64,000 bases of DNA from Alphaproteobacteria bacterium (GTDB taxonomy: Bacteria; Pseudomonadota; Alphaproteobacteria; UBA2966): the NCBI GenBank assembly GCA_964291395.2, contig OZ219856.1, positions 320,001 to 384,000 on the forward strand, in the 5' to 3' direction. The notes under the pieces were generated by a model. It did not search any database. It was not told where the DNA came from and was given only the letters and a program-made list of their open reading frames with translations. A program made the translations under genes and the position numbers. Below are positions 1-9,873 of this stretch, piece by piece; position 1 is the stretch's first letter; every line of letters starts with the position of its first letter.

Positions 1-178
1 GCTCCGCCCGCGCCTTGTCACGGCCTTCGTCCGAGGCGTTTCGACATCTTGAGTTGCGTCACCGCTGGTCAACGGCGCTGTCCCCAGATACGACACACGG
101 TCCTGCGAGCGTAGGGACCGGCCTATACCCTGTCAATTGAAGGGCGTTGCCGACGAGCAGGTCGGTGAGGCGAGCTCC

Positions 179-637
179 TCAGATCGGGATGTGGGAACCG
201 GAGGCCAGGCGTCGGGTGTCGAGCACCACCTCGCGGCTGGCCAGAAGGGGCGTGCAGCCACCGGTCGTGACCTGGTCCTTGTAGGTTCCGACCGCGAACA
301 GGCACGTGTCTCCGTCGTACCACGTGTGATAGACGGTCACGGTGCTGCGGACGGGCACCACCCCGTTCGCGGCCGCCCCGATCCGGATCATGCTGGCGAC
401 GCGCCGCATATGCGCGATGGCGACTTCGTGGGTTTCCACCGCCTTCAGCAATTCCAGGAGGTCGTCGCGGGTCTGGAACATCCACTCCATGGGTTTGCGC
501 AGTTCCTCGCTGTACGCCGTGATGCGATAGGTGAATTCCGGCGCGCAGAGGGCGATGTAGTCGTCGAATCGCTCCTCGTCCAAAAGGGCGCACGAATCGT
601 AGATCAGATCGGAAATGCGGCCCCGATCGATTGTCAA
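179..637 (-). CDS. Rieske oxygenase small (beta) subunit, methanesulfonate monooxygenase MsmB-like
   Basis: 152 aa, directly downstream of the Rieske alpha subunit; 'LIYDSCALLDEERFDDYIALC..FTYRITAYSEELRK' and C-terminal 'LDTRRLASGSHIPI' resemble MsmB. Confidence 0.75.
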   Translation of the reverse strand: MTIDRGRISDLIYDSCALLDEERFDDYIALCAPEFTYRITAYSEELRKPMEWMFQTRDDLLELLKAVETHEVAIAHMRRVASMIRIGAAANGVVPVRSTVTVYHTWYDGDTCLFAVGTYKDQVTTGGCTPLLASREVVLDTRRLASGSHIPI

Positions 638-656
638 TGAGGGTCTCCCAAACGCC

Positions 657-1868
657 TCATTCCGCGGCTTCCGGAAGGACGGGTCCGAACGGTTGGCTCT
701 GATCCCGTCCCATCAGGCGCGACCACTCCTTCCACCACGTCCGGGCCGCGACATCGTCCTGGGACAGGTTATCTTCCTCCCGGCACCAGTAGGTGTAGGG
801 CACCTGACCGCCGTAAATCGCTTCCCGCTGGAGGGTCACGCCGAGGCAGTCCTCGGGGAGATTGCGGCCGAACGGACCCCAGATCGAATGGTAGTCCCGG
901 ATGCGGCGCATACGGTTTTCTTCCGACTCTCCCTTGATACCGAGAGCCCGGTACTGCACCAGGGTCTCGGTCGGCGTCAGCGGAATCTGGTTGTCGATTC
1001 GGACGACCGTACCGCGCGCCAGGAACGTGAGGTCGGGAAAGACGTCCGTGATCTGGAATTCATCCTCCTTCATGCCGGGCAGGGCGAGACTGTCGTCCCG
1101 GTTTTCCCAGCCGGGATACTTGTCGTACTCCACCGAGTAGCGGTCGACCGTAAAATGCCCGTTCGGGAAGGTATGCCAGTTGCGGCTGTAATACTCGGGA
1201 ATCTGGAGGCTGGTCTTGCGGTTCGCGACGTGCATGAACTCGTGGTAGAGATCCATATTGGTCTCCATCCAGTTCTTCCAGTTGCATTTCAGGTTCAACT
1301 CGAAGAAATCGATGACCTCCATCTCGACGGTGTCGATCATCTCCCTTTGCAGGAACATGCTGTCGCCGATGTATTCCTCGAGCGGCATGCAGTCCTCGTC
1401 GAGGTTCACGAACACCAGGCCGTAGATGAGCCCGGTCCGCACCTCACGCAACCCGCAGGCGTCCTGGCGCAAGCCAACCGCGTCGAAGGCCTTCGGGCGG
1501 GGGCGGCTGATGCATTCCCCCGTGGTCGGGTCGTACGTCCAGAGATGATACATGCACTGCCAGGCCCGCAGATTGCCGGCGGGCCGCCGCAGCACCGCCG
1601 CGCCGCGATGGGAGCAGGAGTTGACGAAGCTTCGGACCACACCGTCCTTGCCGCGCGCGACCACGAGGGGTGTGTCCGCCACCGACGCCGTGCGGTAGTC
1701 GTACGCTTCGGGAATCTCGCTCTCGTGCAGAACGAAGCGCCAGGTTTTCGAAAGGATCTTCTCCTTCTCCTCCGCGAAGATGCCTTGGTCATGGTAAACC
1801 CGGTTGTCGACGAAATGGGTGCTCGGCAATTGGGGCGGGCGGGTGTATTCGGCGGCGGTGCGGGACAT
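657..1868 (-). CDS. Rieske non-heme iron oxygenase alpha subunit, MsmA-like
   Basis: Rieske motif CSH-x17-CMYH; mononuclear Fe motif DLYHEFMH; WGPFGRNLPED segment resembles MsmA. Confidence 0.8.
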   Translation of the reverse strand: MSRTAAEYTRPPQLPSTHFVDNRVYHDQGIFAEEKEKILSKTWRFVLHESEIPEAYDYRTASVADTPLVVARGKDGVVRSFVNSCSHRGAAVLRRPAGNLRAWQCMYHLWTYDPTTGECISRPRPKAFDAVGLRQDACGLREVRTGLIYGLVFVNLDEDCMPLEEYIGDSMFLQREMIDTVEMEVIDFFELNLKCNWKNWMETNMDLYHEFMHVANRKTSLQIPEYYSRNWHTFPNGHFTVDRYSVEYDKYPGWENRDDSLALPGMKEDEFQITDVFPDLTFLARGTVVRIDNQIPLTPTETLVQYRALGIKGESEENRMRRIRDYHSIWGPFGRNLPEDCLGVTLQREAIYGGQVPYTYWCREEDNLSQDDVAARTWWKEWSRLMGRDQSQPFGPVLPEAAE

Positions 1869-1913
1869 CCCGATGCTCCTTCAGGTTCGACTTGAGCCAC
1901 ACGAATGCGCGAT

Positions 1914-3287
1914 TCAGGCGGTTCGCGCATGCAAAGGAGGCGTGACCTGATCGCCGCCCATGATTTCGGCGACCTTCTCGCGGGTGTAGACGTTACTCCA
2001 CATGCTGTAGGACTTCTCGAGGGTCGTCGGCTTGATATCGTCGTTGAGATCGAGTTCGACGGGCTCGCCCTCGATCAGCACATCCTTGATTCGGGACTTG
2101 TCCTGAAGGACCCGCACGTCCGCAAGCGGATCGCCGTCGACCACCAGAATGTCGGCGCGGCGGCCCGGTTCCAGCAGGCCTACCTCGTCGCCGCGGCGGA
2201 CGAATTCCGCATTGACGCGCGTGGCGCTCTGGAGCGCCTCTGCGGGCGAGAATCCGAGATATATCACGTAGTGCTCCAGCTCGCGGGCGTTCCATTCGCC
2301 GTAGGGCGTGACGGCGAAACCGCAATCGGTTCCATAGAGGAAGGGCACGCCGGCTTCCCGCGCCTTGGGCAGGACGATCCGGGCCGATTCAAGTTCCCGC
2401 CTGTGGGCATCGGGGAAGCCTGGATAGCACCCGTCGCCGGGTTGGGTGAAGTCGATGTCATTGACCACGAGGCTGAGGGTTGGGCAGATGTAGCAGCCGT
2501 TCTCCACGATCGCTTCGAGACCTTCGTCATCCATCCATGAGCCGTGCAGGATCACGTCGACGCCGGCCCGAGCCGAGTAGAGAATGGCCTCCGCCCCCCT
2601 GGCATGCACGACGACCTTCTTTCCGAGCCGGTGCGCTTCCGTGACCATCGCCGTGGTCTCTTCCTGGTTATAGCCCGAGATCAGCCCCGTCGCCGGGTTC
2701 ATGGCATCGCCGTCCATGGCGATCTTGATGAAGTCCACGCCCTGCTTCACCTGGGTCCGGATCTCGGCGATACCTTCCTCTGCTGTGCGGGCGAGGACGC
2801 CGATGGAGGTCTCGGGGACGCCGATGAACGTGGGATACCAGTCGGACAGGCCTTGACGGTTGGTGATTTGCCGGCCCGACGTCGTCACCCGTGGTCCGAT
2901 GAACATGCCGGACTCGATAGCATCGCGGATGGCCAATGTGACCACGCCGGTGGTCGCCGGATCGGCAATCGACGTGAAGCCCGCCTCGAGGACTCGCTGG
3001 GCCGAGTAAAGGCCCCGCAACGCCCGGAATTCGACCGGCGCAAAGAGGTCGATGTCTTCCTCGGTCCGGGCGTTCCCATAGGACAGGTGAACGTGGGCGT
3101 CGATCAGGCCGGGGAGCACGAAGTAGTCGGAATAATCGAGCGTTTCGTCGCCGCCGACAGGGGGCGGCGCCTGGTCCGAGGGTCCGATGAAGGTGATGAG
3201 GCCGTCTTCGGCGACGAGGGTTTGATCAGCCTTCGCGCTGTCCTCCGCGGCCGTGAACAGCTTGCCGCACTTGATGTACCGCTTCAT
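1914..3287 (-). CDS. Metal-dependent amidohydrolase (Xaa-Pro dipeptidase-like group)
   Basis: PGLIDAHVH, VVVHARG, LHGS, GTDCG and GRRADILVVDGDPL motifs; start placed at MKRYIKCG (3287). Confidence 0.85.
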   Translation of the reverse strand: MKRYIKCGKLFTAAEDSAKADQTLVAEDGLITFIGPSDQAPPPVGGDETLDYSDYFVLPGLIDAHVHLSYGNARTEEDIDLFAPVEFRALRGLYSAQRVLEAGFTSIADPATTGVVTLAIRDAIESGMFIGPRVTTSGRQITNRQGLSDWYPTFIGVPETSIGVLARTAEEGIAEIRTQVKQGVDFIKIAMDGDAMNPATGLISGYNQEETTAMVTEAHRLGKKVVVHARGAEAILYSARAGVDVILHGSWMDDEGLEAIVENGCYICPTLSLVVNDIDFTQPGDGCYPGFPDAHRRELESARIVLPKAREAGVPFLYGTDCGFAVTPYGEWNARELEHYVIYLGFSPAEALQSATRVNAEFVRRGDEVGLLEPGRRADILVVDGDPLADVRVLQDKSRIKDVLIEGEPVELDLNDDIKPTTLEKSYSMWSNVYTREKVAEIMGGDQVTPPLHARTA

Positions 3288-3437
3288 ATCAAGGGTCCCT
3301 TTTCGGCCGCTTTCGGGTTCCGGAACAAAGTGTTCCGCGGCCGCGCCATCGTATCGGCGCATTACATCAACGATAAAATAGTTTAGCGCCAATTCCGCCC
3401 CGTGGGTATCGAGGCGCCTGAAACGCGCTGATCCGCG

Positions 3438-4277
3438 TCAGTCGAAGAACTCCCGCAAGTGGCGCGTTACGGCCCGCGGCTTCTCGAAGGCGATCCAGTG
3501 CCAGGCCTTGGAGAAATAGAAGACTTCCATGGTGTCGATCCATGGCGCCGCGATGTCGTTGACCACCGGGTCGAGCGCGACGTCCCGTTGACCCCAGAGC
3601 ACGCGGACGGGACAGGTGATGCGGCCGGGTGTCACATGACGGCGCCGGGGAATCTCCTTCACGATCTCGCGGTAGTAGTTGATCGCCGCGGTGGCGGCCC
3701 CCGGCTTCTCGAAGGCTTCGCGGTACACCGCCACGTCTTCCGGCGGCATCACGCGGGCGAGACGTATGGTGCCGTCGCGGAACTGCGCCTTGTAGTTCTC
3801 CTCGGGAAAGTCCGGCAGCAGATTGAGGAATACGTACCAGCTCTTGCGCTGTTGTTCGGCGTGGGTCAGCCAGGCCCGGATCCAGGCGTCCGGATGGGGT
3901 GCGTTGAGGATGGCGAGTTTCTTGACCCGATCCGGCCAGTCCATGGCCAGTTGATAGGCCACTATGCCGCCCCAGTCGTGTCCGGCGACATAGGCCGGAC
4001 CGCCGAGACGGTCGATGAGGTCCCGCATGTCGGTGGCCAGGGTGGCGGTGTCATAGCCGGTGGACGGCTTTTCCGATTCGTTGAAGCCCCGCATGTCCAC
4101 GGCGACGATTCTGAACTGCCGAGACAACGGGCCGATCTGCTTTCGCCACGACCACCAGAACTCGGGAAAGCCGTGCATGAGGAGCACGAGAGGGCCGTCC
4201 CCCTGCTCCACCCAGTGGAGCTCGACGCCGTTCACGCGCGCTCTTTGATGCGAGACCCCGTCCAATGTGACCATCAC
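3438..4277 (-). CDS. Alpha/beta hydrolase, epoxide hydrolase-like
   Basis: HGFP oxyanion motif, GHDWGG nucleophile Asp, lid tyrosines (SWYVF, INYYR), C-terminal His (WHWI). Confidence 0.85.
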   Translation of the reverse strand: MMVTLDGVSHQRARVNGVELHWVEQGDGPLVLLMHGFPEFWWSWRKQIGPLSRQFRIVAVDMRGFNESEKPSTGYDTATLATDMRDLIDRLGGPAYVAGHDWGGIVAYQLAMDWPDRVKKLAILNAPHPDAWIRAWLTHAEQQRKSWYVFLNLLPDFPEENYKAQFRDGTIRLARVMPPEDVAVYREAFEKPGAATAAINYYREIVKEIPRRRHVTPGRITCPVRVLWGQRDVALDPVVNDIAAPWIDTMEVFYFSKAWHWIAFEKPRAVTRHLREFFD

Positions 4278-4298
4278 GATGAATCGTCCCGGCGGTCG

Positions 4299-5396
4299 TT
4301 AGCGATATTCGACGGGCGGCGCGTGGTAGTAGGCATCCACGACGGTGCGCGCCAGAGTGACGTTGTCCGGGTTCGCACTTTCGAGCAACCCGCGGTCCAT
4401 CAGGTCCTCCGTCAGGCGCCCGGTAATGAACTCGATCGTCAGATCGTTGGAGCGGTCGGACCAGGTCTGCCGCTCCGTCTCGTCGCGGAAACAGTAAGCC
4501 TTCCAAGAAACGGAAAATCGTACCTCGTCCCAGCCGTATGTCCCGACGACCGCGCCGTCGGAACCGACCACGCGCCACTTGCGATCATCGCCGAACCGCA
4601 GGACCTGGCCGCGTTCGAGAGGCGCCGGCAGACCGTCAGGGTCGTATATCGGCCGGACCTCGTGATAGATGCTGTCGGTATCCATGAGCAGTGCGGTGTT
4701 GGGCCGTTGCGGCGCGGTTACGGGCGCGCCTCCGGGTCCGTCCGGGTAGAACCGGAATTCCCCTCCCTCACAGACATTGAAGAAATTGACCGCCGTGGCG
4801 ATCGGCAGGCGCCATTCGTCGAACAGCCGTGAATGGTGCATACAGATGAGCAGCCATTGCGGTATCGTGCTCCGGTTCACGCCGCGGAATTCCGTAATGT
4901 CGGTATGCGGGCCAAGCCATTGACCGGCGACGTATAGATTTGCGAGCACGGCGACCGGCACGATCACGGGCCGATCGAGGAGGTTCCGGGCGCCGGCAAT
5001 GAACGCTTCGTGGTAAAGCAGGGGGTCGGCTTCGGGATAGCGAGACTCTTCGCGCGCGACGAAAGCGAGGTCAGCATAGGTTTCCCGGAATTGACAGGTG
5101 AACGCCCGCTCGAAGTCGAGCCAATCCACGTGCGTCGGATCATAGGGCTTGTCGTTCTCGTTCCCGCGCTGACGGGCGAGATCGTAAAAACACTCGAACC
5201 GTTCGGGCAGACCGGCGCCGATCTCGGTCGACGACATTTCGGCACTGGCCATGCGGTACGTGCCGACCCGCTCGCACAGGGCCATGATCGCATGTAGGTC
5301 GCGTTCGCCGAGAACGGGCTCGACGAGGCGATAGGTCCCGTTCCCCGCGATTGATTCGTCCCGCGGATCGTGAGTCGCTTCTGCTTGCGCCGACAC
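4299..5396 (-). CDS. Uncharacterised protein, putative Fe(II)/2-oxoglutarate oxygenase fold
   Basis: HTD (HxD) ... GGEFRF ... distal H in SIYHEV, the pattern of 2OG-Fe(II) oxygenases; tight spacing with neighbours. Confidence 0.55.
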   Translation of the reverse strand: MSAQAEATHDPRDESIAGNGTYRLVEPVLGERDLHAIMALCERVGTYRMASAEMSSTEIGAGLPERFECFYDLARQRGNENDKPYDPTHVDWLDFERAFTCQFRETYADLAFVAREESRYPEADPLLYHEAFIAGARNLLDRPVIVPVAVLANLYVAGQWLGPHTDITEFRGVNRSTIPQWLLICMHHSRLFDEWRLPIATAVNFFNVCEGGEFRFYPDGPGGAPVTAPQRPNTALLMDTDSIYHEVRPIYDPDGLPAPLERGQVLRFGDDRKWRVVGSDGAVVGTYGWDEVRFSVSWKAYCFRDETERQTWSDRSNDLTIEFITGRLTEDLMDRGLLESANPDNVTLARTVVDAYYHAPPVEYR

Positions 5397-5402
5397 CGCG
5401 TC

Positions 5403-5741
5403 TCAGCCCCCTTCGCCGCCGAGATCGGGCATCCATGGAAACGGTCTCTCGCGGTGCTGGTACAGCAGATCCTCCGCGAGGAGCTTGATCCTCGGCGATG
5501 CCCGTTTCATCGCATCTTGAACGAACTTGGCTTCGTTGGGCAACAGGCCGGGCTTTTCCGCGGCCAACGCCAACATGCGGATCGCCGTCAGCATGGTCGC
5601 GCCGGCCTCGGCACGCTCGCTGTGACCCCGGCGCAGAGTGAAGCAAAACCAGCGGGCCATCAGGGGCAGTTCCGGGCGTCCGCACGTGTCAACCTGTTCG
5701 AACAGGCGTTCGAAATCGGCGATCAGATCTTCATTGGCCAT
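5403..5741 (-). CDS. Hypothetical protein
   Basis: ATG (MANEDL) preceded by AGAGGA-type RBS; ends 6 bp before the next gene. Confidence 0.55.
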   Translation of the reverse strand: MANEDLIADFERLFEQVDTCGRPELPLMARWFCFTLRRGHSERAEAGATMLTAIRMLALAAEKPGLLPNEAKFVQDAMKRASPRIKLLAEDLLYQHRERPFPWMPDLGGEGG

Positions 5742-5869
5742 GGCGTCCTCTCTTTGTCGCCGCCGCAGCCCGAGTGTAGCATCACGCCGCACCGGCGGGG
5801 GACGGGATCCCGTTATCTGAATCCGGCGGGTGTGGTGGTCTCGACCCGATACGGACGCCGCGGAAGGAG

Positions 5870-6853
5870 ATGCCCGGAATGCCGGCGGCGGAACGGAACG
5901 GCGATGCGAGGGAACTTCCCGCCACTTTTTTCTGGGGTGCCGCGATCATCGTGATCTCCGAAATCCTGCTCGCCTTGGACGTCGCGTTCCGGGGCGGCGC
6001 CGTCGCGCCTTATGAGGCCATTCCGTCACCCGACGGCGTACTGCCGTCGATTGCCCGTGGCGCGGCCGTATTCCTGACCCCATTGTGCTGGACCGGACTG
6101 CTGTTTCTGCTCGACGGGTTGCTCCATCGGTACATGCGCCAGGGTACTTCGCCGATCCGAAACAGGCCGTGGCGGTTCGCCGCGATCTATATGGTCAGCA
6201 TTCCGGTCTGGCTGGTCTTCGATTGGGTGAACTTCCGATACATCGGCGCTTGGCGGTATCACGGTCTCCCGGAAGACCTCTTCATTCGGTACGCGGGGTA
6301 CTTCCTGGCGTTCGGTGCCATCTGTCCGGGCATGTTCCTGATTGCCGACATCGTTCAACGGACGCGGGTGGCCCGCCTGCGCGGCCCGGCTCTCGCTCCC
6401 AACGCTTCCGTCCGTGTCATTCTGATCGCGGCCGGCGGCGCGATGGCGCTATATCCGTTTCTCGTGCGTGATCCCGTCGGCAGCCTGACCTTGTGGCTGG
6501 GTTGGTTCTTTCTGCTCGATCCCATCAACGAGCGAGTCGGCGCGCCGAGCATCTTTGGAGACTGGCGCCAGGGGAGGTATGGACGCACTGTCTCGCTGAT
6601 GGCCGCGGGCGCTATCTGCGGCCTGTTGTGGGAGTTCTGGAATTACTGGGCCGTCACGAAATGGACCTACAACTTGCCGTTCCTCGGTCCGTTGGAGGAG
6701 ATCTCGTACTTCGAGATGCCGGCATTGGGCTTCCTCGGATTCTTGCCGTTCGCCTTGGAGTGCTGGGCAATGGTTCAAACGATCCTGTGGCTGGCCCGGA
6801 GTCTCGGTCTCCGGCGTATCGAACCGTTGCCGTCGGCGGACGCGATCACCTGA
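5870..6853 (+). CDS. Uncharacterised integral membrane protein
   Basis: 327 aa with many hydrophobic segments; 'GLLWEFWNYWA..KWTY..P.....FEMP.LGFLGFLPFALEC' C-terminal block; GAAGGAG RBS. Confidence 0.75.
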   Translation: MPGMPAAERNGDARELPATFFWGAAIIVISEILLALDVAFRGGAVAPYEAIPSPDGVLPSIARGAAVFLTPLCWTGLLFLLDGLLHRYMRQGTSPIRNRPWRFAAIYMVSIPVWLVFDWVNFRYIGAWRYHGLPEDLFIRYAGYFLAFGAICPGMFLIADIVQRTRVARLRGPALAPNASVRVILIAAGGAMALYPFLVRDPVGSLTLWLGWFFLLDPINERVGAPSIFGDWRQGRYGRTVSLMAAGAICGLLWEFWNYWAVTKWTYNLPFLGPLEEISYFEMPALGFLGFLPFALECWAMVQTILWLARSLGLRRIEPLPSADAIT

Positions 6854-6931
6854 ATCCGGAAACGCTCGGCGCCATGCCCGGCCGTGCTATGCTGGCTCTG
6901 CCCTCTAAGACCACTCGGAATGGGACAGGCG

Positions 6932-7078
6932 ATGCGGGCGCTCATCGGCCGGCTGCTTTGTCTGATTGGTATTCACGACTATCAAGTGATCGACACCACG
7001 TTCGGATTCGGTCCGAACAGCAGCGTGTCGCGCGTGGAATGTCGGCGCTGCGGACGCATGAACATACGCCAGGCATGA
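6932..7078 (+). CDS. Small protein with putative zinc ribbon (DUF1660-like)
   Basis: 48 aa MRALIGRLLCLIGIHDY...VECRRCG with C-x4-H...CxxC ligand pattern. Confidence 0.55.
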   Translation: MRALIGRLLCLIGIHDYQVIDTTFGFGPNSSVSRVECRRCGRMNIRQA

Positions 7079-7257
7079 CAGGAGGCGATAAACTGGCAGG
7101 GGGGCGGTCACGGCCGAAGCGCCGGCAAGAAAGCACGCCACGCTTTGCAAGGTGACCTCTTGCAGAGGGTTGCCCTCGCACGCCCTCAATGCTTGTAGTT
7201 CGTTTCCTTTGGGCGTGTCATGCCAAGTAGTGGATTCAACAGCTGTTTTAGGGGGCG

Positions 7258-8772
7258 ATGATGTCATCCGCAGACGTACGCGCGAAATTAAACCATCCGG
7301 TGGTCGATGCCGACGGCCACATGTTGGAATTCACCCCGCTCTTTCTGGATCATCTCGACGTGGTCGGCGGTCCCGATATTGTCGAGAGGTTCATCGCCCG
7401 GTCGAAGCAAAACAGGGAGGCAATGTGGTATGCGCTGACGCCCGAGCAACGGGCGGAATACCGCCTTGCGCGTCCGCCGTGGTGGGCGGTCGCGGCGCGC
7501 AATACCCTGGATCGGGCGACGTCGATGCTGCCGAACCTGCTCAAGGACCGGCTCGATGAGTTCGGGTTCGACTATTGCATCTCGTACCCGACGCTCGGAT
7601 TCTTTCTGTTCGACGAGCCGGACGACGAACTGCGCCAGGCAACCTGCCGGGCCCAGAACAACATGGTGGCCGACATCTTCTCGGGCGTGAAGGATCGCAT
7701 CACCCCGGCGGCGACGGTGCCCTCGTTCACTCCCGAAGAGGCGATCTCCGAACTCGAGCACGTGGTGCACGAGTTGGGACTGAAGGCGGTCATGCTTTCC
7801 AATCTCGTGCGTCGCGTCATTCCCAGGGCGGCCGGCCGGGAATCGCAGGGCGAGCAGGCCGAGTGGATCGACCCGCTGGCGCTCGACTCGCTCTACGACT
7901 ACGACCCCGTCTGGGCCAAGTGCATGGAGCTTGGCGTCGCTCCCACTGCGCACTCCTTCATGCAGGGGCACGGCTGGCGGCGGTCGCATTCCTGCTATGC
8001 CTACAACCAGACGGGTCACTTCGCCGATGCCGGCGAGGCGTTCTCCAAGGCCCTGTTCTTCGGCGGCGTCACCCGGCGGTTCCCGAATCTCAATTTCGGA
8101 GTGCTCGAGGGCGGCGTGGGCTACGGGATCACGGTCTTCTCGACGCTGCTTGAGGTGTGGCACAAGCGTGGCGCCCCGGGGATCGCCGATCTCGATCCGT
8201 CGTCCCTCGATTACGACCTGCTGCGCGATCTTTTCTCGCGGTATGGCGGGGAGCGGTTCGCCCGTCGCCTCGGGGAAGATGAGCGGATCGGATACTCCAT
8301 CCTGCGTTCGGACCGCGTGGTCCGTGAGGCCGACAAGAAACTCCTGGACGAGTATGCACCCGCAGGGATTACGAGCGATGAGGACGTTCGCGCCCGTTTC
8401 GTCGATCGTATCTGGTTCGGATGCGAGGCCGACGACGTCATGGCGCCGATGGCACTCAGCGGTCGGGGCGTGCCCTTGGGCGCAAAGGTGAAGGCGACCT
8501 TCGGATCCGACATCGGCCACTGGGACGTCAAGGTCATGAACCACGTCCTCGAAGAGGCCTATGAGATGGTCGAGGATGGGCTCGCGACCGAGGAGGAATT
8601 CCGCGATTTCACGTTCACCAATCCCGTTACCCTGCATGCCGGCATGAACCCGGATTTCTTCAAGGGGACCGTCGTCGAGGACGACGTCGACAAGCTGCTG
8701 GAGGAACTGGGCATGCCCACGTCGCAGAGTCGGCGCCATTTGATGCATCAGGCGCCGACCGTCGAGCCATAG
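7258..8772 (+). CDS. Amidohydrolase family protein (amidohydrolase_2-like)
   Basis: VVDADGH, PTAH, LEGG and FGSDIGHWD motifs. Confidence 0.8.
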   Translation: MMSSADVRAKLNHPVVDADGHMLEFTPLFLDHLDVVGGPDIVERFIARSKQNREAMWYALTPEQRAEYRLARPPWWAVAARNTLDRATSMLPNLLKDRLDEFGFDYCISYPTLGFFLFDEPDDELRQATCRAQNNMVADIFSGVKDRITPAATVPSFTPEEAISELEHVVHELGLKAVMLSNLVRRVIPRAAGRESQGEQAEWIDPLALDSLYDYDPVWAKCMELGVAPTAHSFMQGHGWRRSHSCYAYNQTGHFADAGEAFSKALFFGGVTRRFPNLNFGVLEGGVGYGITVFSTLLEVWHKRGAPGIADLDPSSLDYDLLRDLFSRYGGERFARRLGEDERIGYSILRSDRVVREADKKLLDEYAPAGITSDEDVRARFVDRIWFGCEADDVMAPMALSGRGVPLGAKVKATFGSDIGHWDVKVMNHVLEEAYEMVEDGLATEEEFRDFTFTNPVTLHAGMNPDFFKGTVVEDDVDKLLEELGMPTSQSRRHLMHQAPTVEP

Positions 8773-8800
8773 AACGCCGGTACGGGCGGCGCGGCTTCGC

Positions 8801-8818
8801 GTCCCCGCCGACGGGGAC
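8801..8818. terminator. GC hairpin between convergent amidohydrolase and tRNA-Val
   Basis: GTCCCCG-CCGA-CGGGGAC 7-bp stem; no clear U tract. Confidence 0.35.
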
Positions 8819-8819
8819 A

Positions 8820-8894
8820 TGGTGGGCGCACCTGGGATTGAACCAGGGACCTTCCGCATGTGAAACGGACGCTCTACCGCTGAGCTATGCGCCC
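8820..8894 (-). tRNA. tRNA-Val (CAC)
   Basis: Reverse complement GGGCGCATAGCTCAGCGGTAGAGCG-TCCGT-TTCACAT-GCGGA-AGGTCCCTGGTTCAATCCCAGGTGCGCCCACCA; cloverleaf with encoded CCA. Confidence 0.95.
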
Positions 8895-9030
8895 TCTGGT
8901 GCCGCGGCATCTCTGCGCCCTATTATGCAGGGTGCCGGGGACTGTCAAGGATCGCGACGGAAGCCGGTCGCCGGTCGTCGACCCGTAAGGCGGCCCGCGA
9001 TCTTGCCCACGGCTCCCCGGTTTGTGAAAG

Positions 9031-9738
9031 TCACCTCGGCCAGTTCATCCCGTCAGCCCGCGACGGTTGCGTGAGCCGGGCGAGCGTCTCGGGCAGGTCG
9101 GACAGTGTGTCGATGATGGCATCCGCGCCGAGTTCGCTCGCCGGGACCAGCGTGTAGCCGTAGCTCACCGCCACGACCGCGACGTCGGCGGCGCGGGCGG
9201 CATCGATGTCGGCCTGGCTGTCCCCGATCATGACCGCTTCGTCCGCCCGCGCATTCATTCGTTCCAGCGTCGTCAGCAGGTGTTCTGCGCCGGGTTTCTT
9301 CACGGCCACGCTGTCGCCGCCGAGGATCGCGTCGAAGTACTTGGTGAGATCGAGTTCCGACAGCAGTCTCTCGGAAAGGGCGGTCGGTTTGTTGGTGCAG
9401 ACCCCCAGCGCGACGCCGGCCGCCGCGAGGTGGTCCAGCACGTCGGTCGCGGCCGGAAATGGGACGCTCCGGTCCGTCAAATGTGCGGCGTAGTAGCGGA
9501 AGGCGCCCTCGAACATGGCCTCGATGTCCGCGTCATCGGGAATTCCGCCCGTTGCGGTCAGGGCACGTTCGATCAGTTTCCGTAGGCCTTGTCCGACCAT
9601 GGAGCGGACGTCGGCCACCCTGACCGGGCCCCGGTCGACACGCGGCAGGACATGATTCAGCGCCGCCGTCAGATCGGGTGCCGTGTCGACGAGCGTTCCG
9701 TCGAGGTCGAACACGACGGCGCGGGGCAGCGAACTCAT
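9031..9738 (-). CDS. gph: Phosphoglycolate phosphatase (HAD)
   Basis: FDLDGTLVDT, CTNK, KKP and IGDS..D motifs; divergent from glmU as is usual in Alphaproteobacteria; start at MSSLP. Confidence 0.85.
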   Translation of the reverse strand: MSSLPRAVVFDLDGTLVDTAPDLTAALNHVLPRVDRGPVRVADVRSMVGQGLRKLIERALTATGGIPDDADIEAMFEGAFRYYAAHLTDRSVPFPAATDVLDHLAAAGVALGVCTNKPTALSERLLSELDLTKYFDAILGGDSVAVKKPGAEHLLTTLERMNARADEAVMIGDSQADIDAARAADVAVVAVSYGYTLVPASELGADAIIDTLSDLPETLARLTQPSRADGMNWPR

Positions 9739-9873
9739 TGAAAAAACTCGTAAGAAATCGTGACTTGGGCTATGAGGAGGCTTGTGGCAAGGTCCGGCAC
9801 CGAAAAACCGGTCGGACAGCGTTTTAGACGCCTTGTCGGTGTGACCCAAGAAAAAACGTGAATCCACGCGCGT

